DNA from: Eledone cirrhosa
Taxonomy: Eukaryota
NCBI GenBank assembly: GCA_964016885.1
Contig: OZ024744.1
Coordinates: 39,928,001 to 39,992,000, forward strand
DNA: 64,000 nucleotides
Direction of reading: 5' to 3'
A model generated the notes under the pieces. The model had not been told where the DNA came from, searched no databases, and saw only the letters and a list, made by a program, of their open reading frames with translations. Both the position numbers and the translations under genes were made by a program. Positions 14,501 to 28,200 of the stretch are shown in pieces (within the stretch, counting starts at the first letter, position 1; every line of letters begins with the position of its first letter).

Positions 14501-15920
14501 CTACCCTAATGTTGACACCTATTGTTGATCCTACCCTAATGTTGACACCTATTGTTGGTCCTACTCTGCTGTTGACACCTATTGTTGATCCTACCCTGAT
14601 ATTGACACCTATTGTTGATCCTACCCTGATGTTGACATCTATCGTTGATCCTAACCTAATGTTGACACCTATTGTTGATCCTACCCTAATGTTGACACCT
14701 ATTGTTGATCCTACCCTAATGATGACACCTATTGTTGATCCTATCCTGATATTGATACATATTGTTGATCCTACCCTAATGTTGACACATATTGTGGGTC
14801 CTGCCCTAATGTTGACACATATTGTTGATCCTACCCTAATGTTGACACATATTGTTGATCCTACCCTGATGTTGATACCTATTGTTGATCCTACCCTAAT
14901 GTTGACACCTATTGTTGATCCTACCCTAATGATGACACATATTGTTGATCCTACTCTAATGTTGACACATATTGTTGATCCTACACTGATGTTAACACCT
15001 ATTGTTGATCCTACCCTAATGTTGACACATATTGTTGATCCTACCTTAATGTTGACACATATTGTTGATCCTACCCTAATCTTGACACATATTGTTGATC
15101 CTACCCTAATGTTGACACCTATTGTTGGTCCTACCCTGATGTTGATACCTATTGTTGATCCTACCCTAATGTTGACACCTATTTTTGATCCTACCCTAAT
15201 GATGACACATATTGTTGATCCTACTCTAATGTTGACACCTATTGTTGATCCTACCCCAATGTTGACACATATTGTGGATTCTACCCTAATGTTGACACAT
15301 ATTGTTGATCCTACCCTAATGTTGACACATATTGTTGATCCTACCCTAATGTTCACACATATTATTGATCCAACTCTAATGTTGACACATATTGGTGATC
15401 CTACCCTAATGTTGACACATATTGTTGATCCTACCCTAATGTTGACACCTATTGTTGATCCTATCCTGATGTTGATACATATTGTTGATCCTACCCTAAT
15501 GTTGACACCTATTGTTGATCCTACCCTAATGTTGACACATATTGTTGATCCTACACTGATGTTGACACCTATTGTTGATGCTACCCTAATGTTGCCACAT
15601 ATTGTTGATCCTACCCTGATATTGACACCTATTGTTGATGCTACCCTAATGTTGACACCTATTGTTGATCCTACCCTAATGTTGACACCTATTGTTGATC
15701 CTATCCTGATGTTGATACATATTGTTGATCCTACCCTAATGTTGACACCTATTGTTGATCCTACCCTAATGTTGACACATATTGTTGATCCTACACTGAT
15801 GTTGACACCTATTGTTGATCCTACCCTAATGTTGCCACATATTGTTGATCCTACCCTAATGTTGACACCTATTGTTGATCCTACCCTAATGTTGACACCT
15901 ATTGTTGGTCCTACCCTGAT
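11520..15920 (+). repeat. Block duplication with 2880-bp (96-monomer) offset inside the indel-free 9139-16068 stretch; ends approximate
   Basis: CTACTCTGCT at 11681/14561, ATTGATACAT at 11871/14751, ATTTTTGATC at 12301/15181. Confidence 0.8.
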
Positions 15921-18900
15921 GTTGACACCTATTGTTGATCCTACCCTGATATTGACACCTATTGTTGATCCTACCCTGATGTTGACATCTATCGTTGATC
16001 CTAACCTAATGTTGACACCTATCGTTGATCCTACCCTAATGTTGACACCTATTGTTGATCCTACCTAATGTTGACACCTATTGTGGATCCTATTCTGATG
16101 TTGATACATATTGTTGATACTACCCTAATGTTGACACATATTGTGGGTCCTGCCCTAATGTTGACACATATTGTTGATCCTACCCTGATGTTGATACCTA
16201 TTGTTGATCCTACCCTAATGTTGACACCTATTGTTGATCCTACCCTAATGATGACACATATTGTTGATCCTACTCTAATGTTGACACATATTGTTGATCC
16301 TACACTAATGTTAACACCTATTGTTGATCCTACCCTAATGTTGACACATATTGTTCATCCTCTCTAATGTTTACACATATTGTTGATCCTACCCCAATGT
16401 TGACACCTATTGTTTATCCTACCCCAATGTTGACACCTATTGTTGATCCTAACCTAATGTTGACACCTATTGTTGATCCTATCCTAATGTTGACACATAT
16501 TGTGGATTCTACCCTAATGTTGACACATATTGTTGATCCTACCCTAATGTTGACACATATTGTTGATCCTACTCTAATGTTCACACATATTATTGATCCC
16601 ACTCTAATGTTGACACATATTGGTGATCCTACCCTAATGTTGACACCTATTGTTGATCCTACCCTAATGTTGACACATATTGTTGATCCTACACTGATGT
16701 TGACACCTATTGTTGATGCTACCCTAATGTTGCCACATATTGTTGATCCTACCCTGATATTGACACCTATTGTTGATGCTACTCTAATGTTGACACCTAT
16801 TGTTGATCCTACCCTAATGTTGACACCTATTGTTGATCCTATCCTGATGTTGATACATATTGTTGATCCTACCCTAATGTTGACACCTATTGTTGATCCT
16901 ACCCTAATGTTGACACATATTGTTGATCCTACACTGATGTTGACACCTATTGTTGATGCTACCCTAATGTTGCCACATATTGTAGATCCTACCCTAATGT
17001 TGACACCTATTGTTGATCCTACCATAATGTTGACACCTATTGTTGGTCCTACCCTGATGTTGACACCTATTGTTGATCCTACCCTGATATTGACACCTAT
17101 TGTTGATCCTACCCTGATGTTGACATCTATCGTTGATCCTAACCTAATGTTGACACCTATTGTTGATCCTACTCTAATGTTGACACCTATTGTTGATCCT
17201 ACCCTAATGTTGACACCTATTGTTGATCCTATCCTGATGTTGATACATATTGTTGATCCTACCCTAATGTTGACACATATTGTGGGTCCTGCCCTAATGT
17301 TGACACATATTGTTGATCCTACACTGATGTTAACACCTATTGTTGATCCTACCCTAATGTTGACACATATTGTTCATCCTCTCTAATGTTTACACATATT
17401 GTTGATCCTACCCCAATGTTGACACCTATTGTTGATCCTATCCTGATGTTGATACATATTGTTGATCCTACCCTAATGTTGACACATATTGTGGGTCCTG
17501 CCCTAATGTTGACACATATTGTTGATCCTACCCTAATGTTGACACATATTGTTGATCCTACCCTGATGTTGATACCTATTGTTGATCCTACCCTAATGTT
17601 GACACCTATTGTTGATCCTACCCTAATGATGACACATATTGTTGATCCTACTCTAATGTTGACACATATTGTTGATCCTACACTGATGTTAACACCTATT
17701 GTTGATCCTACCCTAATGTTGACACATATTGTTGATCCTACCCTAATGTTGACACATATTGTTGATCCTACCCTAATCTTGACACATATTGTTGATCCTA
17801 CCCTAATGTTGACACCTATTGTTGATCCTACCCTAATGTTGACACATATTGTTGATCCTACACTGATGTTGACACCTATTGTTGATGCTACCCTAATGTT
17901 GCCACATATTGTTGATCCTACCCTAATGTTGACACCTATTGTTGATCCTACCCTGATATTGACACCTATTGTTGATCCTACCCTGATGTTGACATCTATC
18001 GTTGATCCTAATGTAATGTTGACACCTATCGTTGATCCTACCCTAATGTTGACACCTATTGTTGATCCTACCTAATGTTGACACCTATTGTTGATCCTAT
18101 TCTGATGTTGATACATATTGTTGATACTACCCTAATGTTGACACATATTGTGGGTCCTGCCCTAATGTTGACACATATTGTTGATCCTACCCTGATGTTG
18201 ATACCTATTGTTGATCCTACCCTAATGTTGACACCTATTGTTGATCCTACCCTAATGATGACACATATTGTTGATCCTACTCTAATGTTGACACATATTG
18301 TTGATCCTACACTGATGTTAACACCTATTGTTGATCCTACCCTAATGTTGACACATATTGTTAATCCTCTCTAATGTTTACACATATTGTTGATCCTACC
18401 CCAATGTTGACACCTATTGTTTATCCTACCCCAATGTTGACACCTATTGTTGATCCTAACCTAATGTTGACACCTATTGTTGATCCTATCCTAATGTTGA
18501 CACATATTGTGGATTCTACCCTAATGTTGACACATATTGTTGATCCTACCCTAATGTTGACACATATTGTTGATCCTACCCTAATGTTCACACATATTAT
18601 TGATCCAACTCTAATGTTGACACATATTGGTGATCCTACCCTAATGTTGACACATATTGTTGATCCTACCCTAATGTTGACACCTATTGTTGATCCTATC
18701 CTGATGTTGATACATATTGTTGATCCTACCCTAATGTTGACACCTATTGTTGATCCTACCCTAATGTTGACACATATTGTTGATCCTACACTGATGTTGA
18801 CACCTATTGTTGATGCTACCCTAATGTTGCCACATATTGTTGATCCTACCCTGATATTGACACCTATTGTTGATGCTACCCTAATGTTGACACCTATTGT

Positions 18901-20441
18901 TGATCCTATCCTAATGTTGACACCTATTGTTGATCCTATCCTGATGTTGATACATATTGTTGATCCTACCCTAATGTTGACACCTATTGTTGATCCTACC
19001 CTAATGTTGACACATATTGTTGATCCTACACTGATGTTGACACCTATTGTTGATGCTACCCTAATGTTGCCACATATTGTTGATCCTACCCTAATGTTGA
19101 CACCTATTGTTGATCCTACCCTAATGTTGACACCTATTGTTGGTCCTACCCTGATGTTGACACCTATTGTTGATCCTACCCTGATATTGACACCTATTGT
19201 TGATCCTACCCTGATGTTGACATCTATCGTTGATCCTAACCTAATGTTGACACCTATTGTTGATCCTACCCTAATGTTGACACCTATTGTTGATCCTACC
19301 CTAATGTTGACACCTATTGTTGATTCTATTCTTATGTTGATACATATTGTTGATCCTACCCTAATGTTGACACATATTGTGGGTCCTGCCCTAATGTTGA
19401 CACATATTGTTGATCCTACCATAATGTTGACACATATTGTTGATCCTACCCTGATGTTGATACCTATTGTTGATCCTACCCTAATGTTGACACCTATTGT
19501 TGATCCTACCCTAATGATGACACATATTGTTGATCCTACTCTAATGTTGACACATATTGTTGATCCTACACTGATGTTAACACCTATTGTTGATCCTACC
19601 CTAATGTTGACACATATTGTTGATCCTACCCTAATGTTGACACATAATGTTGATCCTACCCTAATGTTGACACCTATTGTTGATCCTACCCTAATGTTGA
19701 CACATATTGTTGATCCTACACTGATGTTGACACCTATTGTTGATGCTACCCTAATGTTGCCACATATTGTTGATCCTACCCTAATGTTGACACCTATTGT
19801 TGGTCCTACCCTGATGTTGACACCTATTGTTGATCCTACCCTGATATTGACACCTATTGTTGATCCTACCCTGATGTTGACATCTATCGTTGATCCTAAC
19901 CTAATGTTGACACCTATCGTTGATCCTACCCTAATGTTGACACCTATTGTTGATCCTACCTAATGTTGACACCTATTGTTGATCCTATTCTGATGTTGAT
20001 ACATATTGTTGATACTACCCTAATGTTCACACATATTATTGATCCCACTCTAATGTTGACACATATTGGTGATCCTACCCTAATGTTGACACATATTGTT
20101 GATCCTACCCTAATGTTGACACATATTGTTGATCCTACCCTGATGTTGATACCTATTGTTGATCCTACCCTAATGTTGACACCTATTGTTGATCCTACCC
20201 TAATGATGACACATATTGTTGATCCTACTCTAATGTTGACACATATTGTTGATCCTACACTGATGTTGACACCTATTGTTTATCCTACCCCAATGTTGAC
20301 ACCTATTGTTGATCCTAACCTAATGTTGACACCTATTGTTGATCCTATCCTAATGTTGACACATATTGTGGATTCTACCCTAATGTTGACACATATTGTT
20401 GATCCTACCCTAATGTTGACACATATTTTGATCCTACCCTA

Positions 20442-23400
20442 ATGTTCACACATATTATTGATCCCACTCTAATGTTGACACATATTGGTGATCCTACCCT
20501 AATGTTGACACATATTGTTGATCCTACCCTAATGTTGACACCTATTGTTGATCCTATCCTGATGTTGATACATATTGTTGATCCTACCCTAATGTTGACA
20601 CCTATTGTTGATCCTACCCTAATGTTGACACATATTGTTGATCCTACACTGATGTTGACACCTATTGTTGATGCTACCCTAATGTTGCCACCTATTGTTG
20701 ATCCTACCCTGATATTGACACCTATTGTTGATGCTACCCTAATGTTGACACCTATTGTTGATCCTACCCTAATGTTGACACCTATTGTTGATCCTATCCT
20801 GATGTTGATACATATTGTTGATCCTACCCTAATGTTGACACATATTGTTGATCCTACCCTAATGTTCACACATATTATTGATCCCACTCTAATGTTGACA
20901 CATATTGGTGATCCTACCCTAATGTTGACACATATTGTTGATCCTACCCTAATGTTGACACCTATTGTTGATCCTATCCTGATGTTGATACATATTGTTG
21001 ATCCTACCCTAATGTTGACACCTATTGTTGATCCTACCCTAATGTTGACACATATTGTTGATCCTACACTGATGTTGACACCTATTGTTGATGCTACCCT
21101 AATGTTGCCACCTATTGTTGATCCTACCCTGATATTGACGCCTATTGTTGATGCTACCCTAATGTTGACACCTATTGTTGATCCTACCCTAATGTTGACA
21201 CCTATTGTTGATCCTATCCTGATGTTGATACATATTGTTGATCCTACCCTAATGTTGACACCTATTGTTGATCCTACCCTAATGTTGACACATATTGTTG
21301 ATCCTACACTGATGTTGACACCTATTGTTGATGCTACCCTAATGTTGCCACATATTTTTGATCCTACCCTAATGTTGACACCTATTGTTGATCCTACCAT
21401 AATGTTGACACCTATTGTTGGTTCTACCCTGATGTTGACACCTATTGTTGATCCTACCCTGATATTGACACCTATTGTTGATCCTACCCTGATGTTGACA
21501 GCTATCGTTGATCCTAACCTAATGTTGACACCTATTGTTGATCCTATCCTGATGTTGATACATATTGTTGATCCTACCCTAATGTTGACACCTATTGTTG
21601 ATCCTACCCTAATGTTGACACATATTGTTGATCCTACACTGATGTTGACACCTATTGTTGATGCTACCCTAATGTTGCCACCTATTGTTGATCCTACCCT
21701 GATATTGACACCTATTGTTGATGCTACCCTAATGTTGACACCTATTGTTGATCCTACCCTAATGTTGACACCTATTGTTGATCCTATCCTGATGTTGATA
21801 CATATTGTTGATCCTACCCTAATGTTGACACATATTGTTGATCCTACCCTAATGTTCACACATATTATTGATCCCACTCTAATGTTGACACATATTGGTG
21901 ATCCTACCCTAATGTTGACACATATTGTTGATCCTACCCTAATGTTGACACCTATTGTTGATCCTATCCTGATGTTGATACATATTGTTGATCCTACCCT
22001 AATGTTGACACCTATTGTTGATCCTACCCTAATGTTGACACATATTGTTGATCCTACACTGATGTTGACACCTATTGTTGATGCTACCCTAATGTTGCCA
22101 CCTATTGTTGATCCTACCCTGATATTGACGCCTATTGTTGATGCTACCCTAATGTTGACACCTATTGTTGATCCTACCCTAATGTTGACACCTATTGTTG
22201 ATCCTATCCTGATGTTGATACATATTGTTGATCCTACCCTAATGTTGACACCTATTGTTGATCCTACCCTAATGTTGACACATATTGTTGATCCTACACT
22301 GATGTTGACACCTATTGTTGATGCTACCCTAATGTTGCCACATATTTTTGATCCTACCCTAATGTTGACACCTATTGTTGATCCTACCATAATGTTGACA
22401 CCTATTGTTGGTTCTACCCTGATGTTGACACCTATTGTTGATCCTACCCTGATATTGACACCTATTGTTGATCCTACCCTGATGTTGACAGCTATCGTTG
22501 ATCCTAACCTAATGTTGACACCTATTGTTGATCCTATCCTGATGTTGATACATATTGTTGATCCTACCCTAATGTTGACACCTATTGTTGATCCTACCCT
22601 AATGTTGACACATATTGTTGATCCTACACTGATGTTGACACCTATTGTTGATGCTACCCTAATGTTGCCACCTATTGTTGATCCTACCCTGATATTGACA
22701 CCTATTGTTGATGCTACCCTAATGTTGACACCTATTGTTGATCCTACCCTAATGTTGACACCTATTGTTGATCCTATCCTGATGTTGATACATATTGTTG
22801 ATCCTACCCTAATGTTGACACATATTGTTGATCCTACCCTAATGTTCACACATATTATTGATCCCACTCTAATGTTGACACATATTGGTGATCCTACCCT
22901 AATGTTGACACATATTGTTGATCCTACCCTAATGTTGACACCTATTGTTGATCCTATCCTGATGTTGATACATATTGTTGATCCTACCCTAATGTTGACA
23001 CCTATTGTTGATCCTACCCTAATGTTGACACATATTGTTGATCCTACACTGATGTTGACACCTATTGTTGATGCTACCCTAATGTTGCCACCTATTGTTG
23101 ATCCTACCCTGATATTGACACCTATTGTTGATGCTACCCTAATGTTGACACCTATTGTTGATCCTACCCTAATGTTGACACCTATTGTTGATCCTATCCT
23201 GATGTTGATACATATTGTTGATCCTACCCTAATGTTGACACCTATTGTTGATCCTACCCTAATGTTGACACATATTGTTGATCCTACACTGATGTTGACA
23301 CCTATTGTTGATGCTACCCTAATGTTGCCACCTATTGTTGATCCTACCCTGATATTGACACCTATTGTTGATGCTACCCTAATGTTGACACCTATTGTTG

Positions 23401-25211
23401 ATCCTACCCTAATGTTGACACCTATTGTTGATCCTATCCTGATGTTGATACATATTGTTGATCCTACCCTAATGTTGACACATATTGTTGATCCTACCCT
23501 AATGTTCACACATATTATTGATCCCACTCTAATGTTGACACATATTGGTGATCCTACCCTAATGTTGACACATATTGTTGATCCTACCCTAATGTTGACA
23601 CCTATTGTTGATCCTATCCTGATGTTGATACATATTGTTGATCCTACCCTAATGTTGACACCTATTGTTGATCCTACCCTAATGTTGACACATATTGTTG
23701 ATCCTACACTGATGTTGACACCTATTGTTGATGCTACCCTAATGTTGCCACCTATTGTTGATCCTACCCTGATATTGACGCCTATTGTTGATGCTACCCT
23801 AATGTTGACACCTATTGTTGATCCTACCCTAATGTTGACACCTATTGTTGATCCTATCCTGATGTTGATACATATTGTTGATCCTACCCTAATGTTGACA
23901 CCTATTGTTGATCCTACCCTAATGTTGACACATATTGTTGATCCTACACTGATGTTGACACCTATTGTTGATGCTACCCTAATGTTGCCACATATTTTTG
24001 ATCCTACCCTAATGTTGACACCTATTGTTGATCCTACCATAATGTTGACACCTATTGTTGGTTCTACCCTGATGTTGACACCTATTGTTGATCCTACCCT
24101 GATATTGACACCTATTGTTGATCCTACCCTGATGTTGACAGCTATCGTTGATCCTAACCTAATGTTGACACCTATTGTTGATCCTATCCTGATGTTGATA
24201 CATATTGTTGATCCTACCCTAATGTTGACACCTATTGTTGATCCTACCCTAATGTTGACACATATTGTTGATCCTACACTGATGTTGACACCTATTGTTG
24301 ATGCTACCCTAATGTTGCCACCTATTGTTGATCCTACCCTGATATTGACACCTATTGTTGATGCTACCCTAATGTTGACACCTATTGTTGATCCTACCCT
24401 AATGTTGACACCTATTGTTGATCCTATCCTGATGTTGATACATATTGTTGATCCTACCCTAATGTTGACACATATTGTTGATCCTACCCTAATGTTCACA
24501 CATATTATTGATCCCACTCTAATGTTGACACATATTGGTGATCCTACCCTAATGTTGACACATATTGTTGATCCTACCCTAATGTTGACACCTATTGTTG
24601 ATCCTATCCTGATGTTGATACATATTGTTGATCCTACCCTAATGTTGACACCTATTGTTGATCCTACCCTAATGTTGACACATATTGTTGATCCTACACT
24701 GATGTTGACACCTATTGTTGATGCTACCCTAATGTTGCCACCTATTGTTGATCCTACCCTGATATTGACACCTATTGTTGATGCTACCCTAATGTTGACA
24801 CCTATTGTTGATCCTACCCTAATGTTGACACCTATTGTTGATCCTATCCTGATGTTGATACATATTGTTGATCCTACCCTAATGTTGACACCTATTGTTG
24901 ATCCTACCCTAATGTTGACACATATTGTTGATCCTACACTGATGTTGACACCTATTGTTGATGCTACCCTAATGTTGCCACATATTTTTGATCCTACCCT
25001 AATGTTGACACCTATTGTTGATCCTACCATAATGTTGACACCTATTGTTGGTTCTACCCTGATGTTGACACCTATTGTTGATCCTACCCTGATATTGACA
25101 CCTATTGTTGATCCTACCCTGATGTTGACATCTATCGTTGATCCTAATGTAATGTTGACACCTATCGTTGATCCTACCCTAATGTTGACACCTATTGTTG
25201 ATCCTACCTAA
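20442..25211 (+). repeat. Homogeneous higher-order repeat domain: 990-bp (33-monomer) units with 420-bp and 240-bp sub-periods
   Basis: CATATTTTTG at 21351, 22341, 23991 and 24981 (spacings 990, 1650, 990). AATGTTCACA at 20441, 20861, 21851, 22841, 23501 and 24491. ATCCTATCCTGATGTTGATA at 20551/20791 and 20971/21211. Confidence 0.88.
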
Positions 25212-28200
25212 TGTTGACACCTATTGTTGATCCTATTCTGATGTTGATACATATTGTTGATACTACCCTAATGTTGACACATATTGTGGGTCCTGCCCTA
25301 ATGTTGACACATATTGTTGATCCTACCCTGATGTTGATACCTATTGTTGATCCTACCCTAATGTTGACACCTATTGTTGATCCTACCCTAATGATGACAC
25401 ATATTGTTGATCCTACTCTAATGTTGACACATATTGTTGATCCTACACTGATGTTAACACCTATTGTTGATCCTACCCTAATGTTGACACATATTGTTCA
25501 TCCTCTCTAATGTTTACACATATTGTTGATCCTACCCCAATGTTGACACCTATTGTTTATCCTACCCCAATGTTGACACCTATTGTTGATCCTAACCTAA
25601 TGTTGACACCTATTGTTGATCCTATCCTAATGTTGACACATATTGTGGATTCTACCCTAATGTTGACACATATTGTTGATCCTACCCTAATGTTGACACA
25701 TATTGTTGATCCTACCCTAATGTTCACACATATTATTGATCCAACTCTAATGTTGACACATATTGGTGATCCTACCCTAATGTTGACACATATTGTTGAT
25801 CCTACCCTAATGTTGACACCTATTGTTGATCCTATCCTGATGTTGATACATATTGTTGATCCTACCCTAATGTTGACACCTATTGTTGATCCTACCCTAA
25901 TGTTGACACATATTGTTGATCCTACACTGATGTTGACACCTATTGTTGATGCTACCCTAATGTTGCCACATATTGTTGATCCTACCCTGATATTGACACC
26001 TATTGTTGATGCTACCCTAATGTTGACACCTATTGTTGATCCTATCCTAATGTTGACACCTATTGTTGATCCTATCCTGATGTTGATACATATTGTTGAT
26101 CCTACCCTAATGTTGACACCTATTGTTGATCCTACCCTAATGTTGCCACATATTGTTGATCCTACCCTAATGTTGACACCTATTGTTGATCCTACCCTAA
26201 TGTTGACACCTATTGTTGGTCCTACCCTGATGTTGACACCTATTGTTGATCCTACCCTGATATTGACACCTATTGTTGATCCTACCCTGATGTTGACATC
26301 TATCGTTGATCCTAACCTAATGTTGACACCTATTGTTGATCCTACCCTAATGTTGACACCTATTGTTGATCCTACCCTAATGTTGACACCTATTGTTGAT
26401 CCTATTCTGATGTTGATACATATTGTTGATCCTACCCTAATGTTGACACATATTGTGGGTCCTGCCCTAATGTTGACACATATTGTTGATCCTACCATAA
26501 TGTTGACACATATTGTTGATCCTACCCTGATGTTGATACCTATTGTTGATCCTACCCTAATGTTGACACCTATTGTTGATCCTACCCTAATGATGACACA
26601 TATTGTTGATCCTACTCTAATGTTGACACATATTGTTGATCCTACACTGATGTTAACACCTATTGTTGATCCTACCCTAATGTTGACACATATTGTTGAT
26701 CCTACCCTAATGTTGACACATAATGTTGATCCTACCCTAATGTTGACACCTATTGTTGATCCTACCCTAATGTTGACACATATTGTTGATCCTACACTGA
26801 TGTTGACACCTATTGTTGATGCTACCCTAATGTTGCCACATATTGTTGATCCTACCCTAATGTTGACACCTATTGTTGGTCCTACCCTGATGTTGACACC
26901 TATTGTTGATCCTACCCTGATATTGACACCTATTGTTGATCCTACCCTGATGTTGACATCTATCGTTGATCCTAACCTAATGTTGACACCTATCGTTGAT
27001 CCTACCCTAATGTTGACACCTATTGTTGATCCTACCTAATGTTGACACCTATTGTTGATCCTATTCTGATGTTGATACATATTGTTGATACTACTCTAAT
27101 GTTGACACATATTGTGGGTCCTGCCCTAATGTTGACACATATTGTTGATCCTACCCTGATGTTGATACCTATTGTTGATCCTACCCTGATATTGACGCCT
27201 ATTGTTGATGCTACCCTAATGTTGACACCTATTGTTGATCCTACCCTAATGTTGACACCTATTGTTGATCCTATCCTGATGTTGATACATATTGTTGATC
27301 CTACCCTAATGTTGACACCTATTGTTGATCCTACCCTAATGTTGACACATATTGTTGATCCTACACTGATGTTGACACCTATTGTTGATGCTACCCTAAT
27401 GTTGCCACATATTTTTGATCCTACCCTAATGTTGACACCTATTGTTGATCCTACCATAATGTTGACACCTATTGTTGGTTCTACCCTGATGTTGACACCT
27501 ATTGTTGATCCTACCCTGATATTGACACCTATTGTTGATCCTACCCTGATGTTGACAGCTATCGTTGATCCTAACCTAATGTTGACACCTATTGTTGATC
27601 CTATCCTGATGTTGATACATATTGTTGATCCTACCCTAATGTTGACACCTATTGTTGATCCTACCCTAATGTTGACACATATTGTTGATCCTACACTGAT
27701 GTTGACACCTATTGTTGATGCTACCCTAATGTTGCCACCTATTGTTGATCCTACCCTGATATTGACACCTATTGTTGATGCTACCCTAATGTTGACACCT
27801 ATTGTTGATCCTACCCTAATGTTGACACCTATTGTTGATCCTATCCTGATGTTGATACATATTGTTGATCCTACCCTAATGTTGACACATATTGTTGATC
27901 CTACCCTAATGTTCACACATATTATTGATCCCACTCTAATGTTGACACATATTGGTGATCCTACCCTAATGTTGACACATATTGTTGATCCTACCCTAAT
28001 GTTGACACCTATTGTTGATCCTATCCTGATGTTGATACATATTGTTGATCCTACCCTAATGTTGACACCTATTGTTGATCCTACCCTAATGTTGACACAT
28101 ATTGTTGATCCTACACTGATGTTGACACCTATTGTTGATGCTACCCTAATGTTGCCACCTATTGTTGATCCTACCCTGATATTGACACCTATTGTTGATG

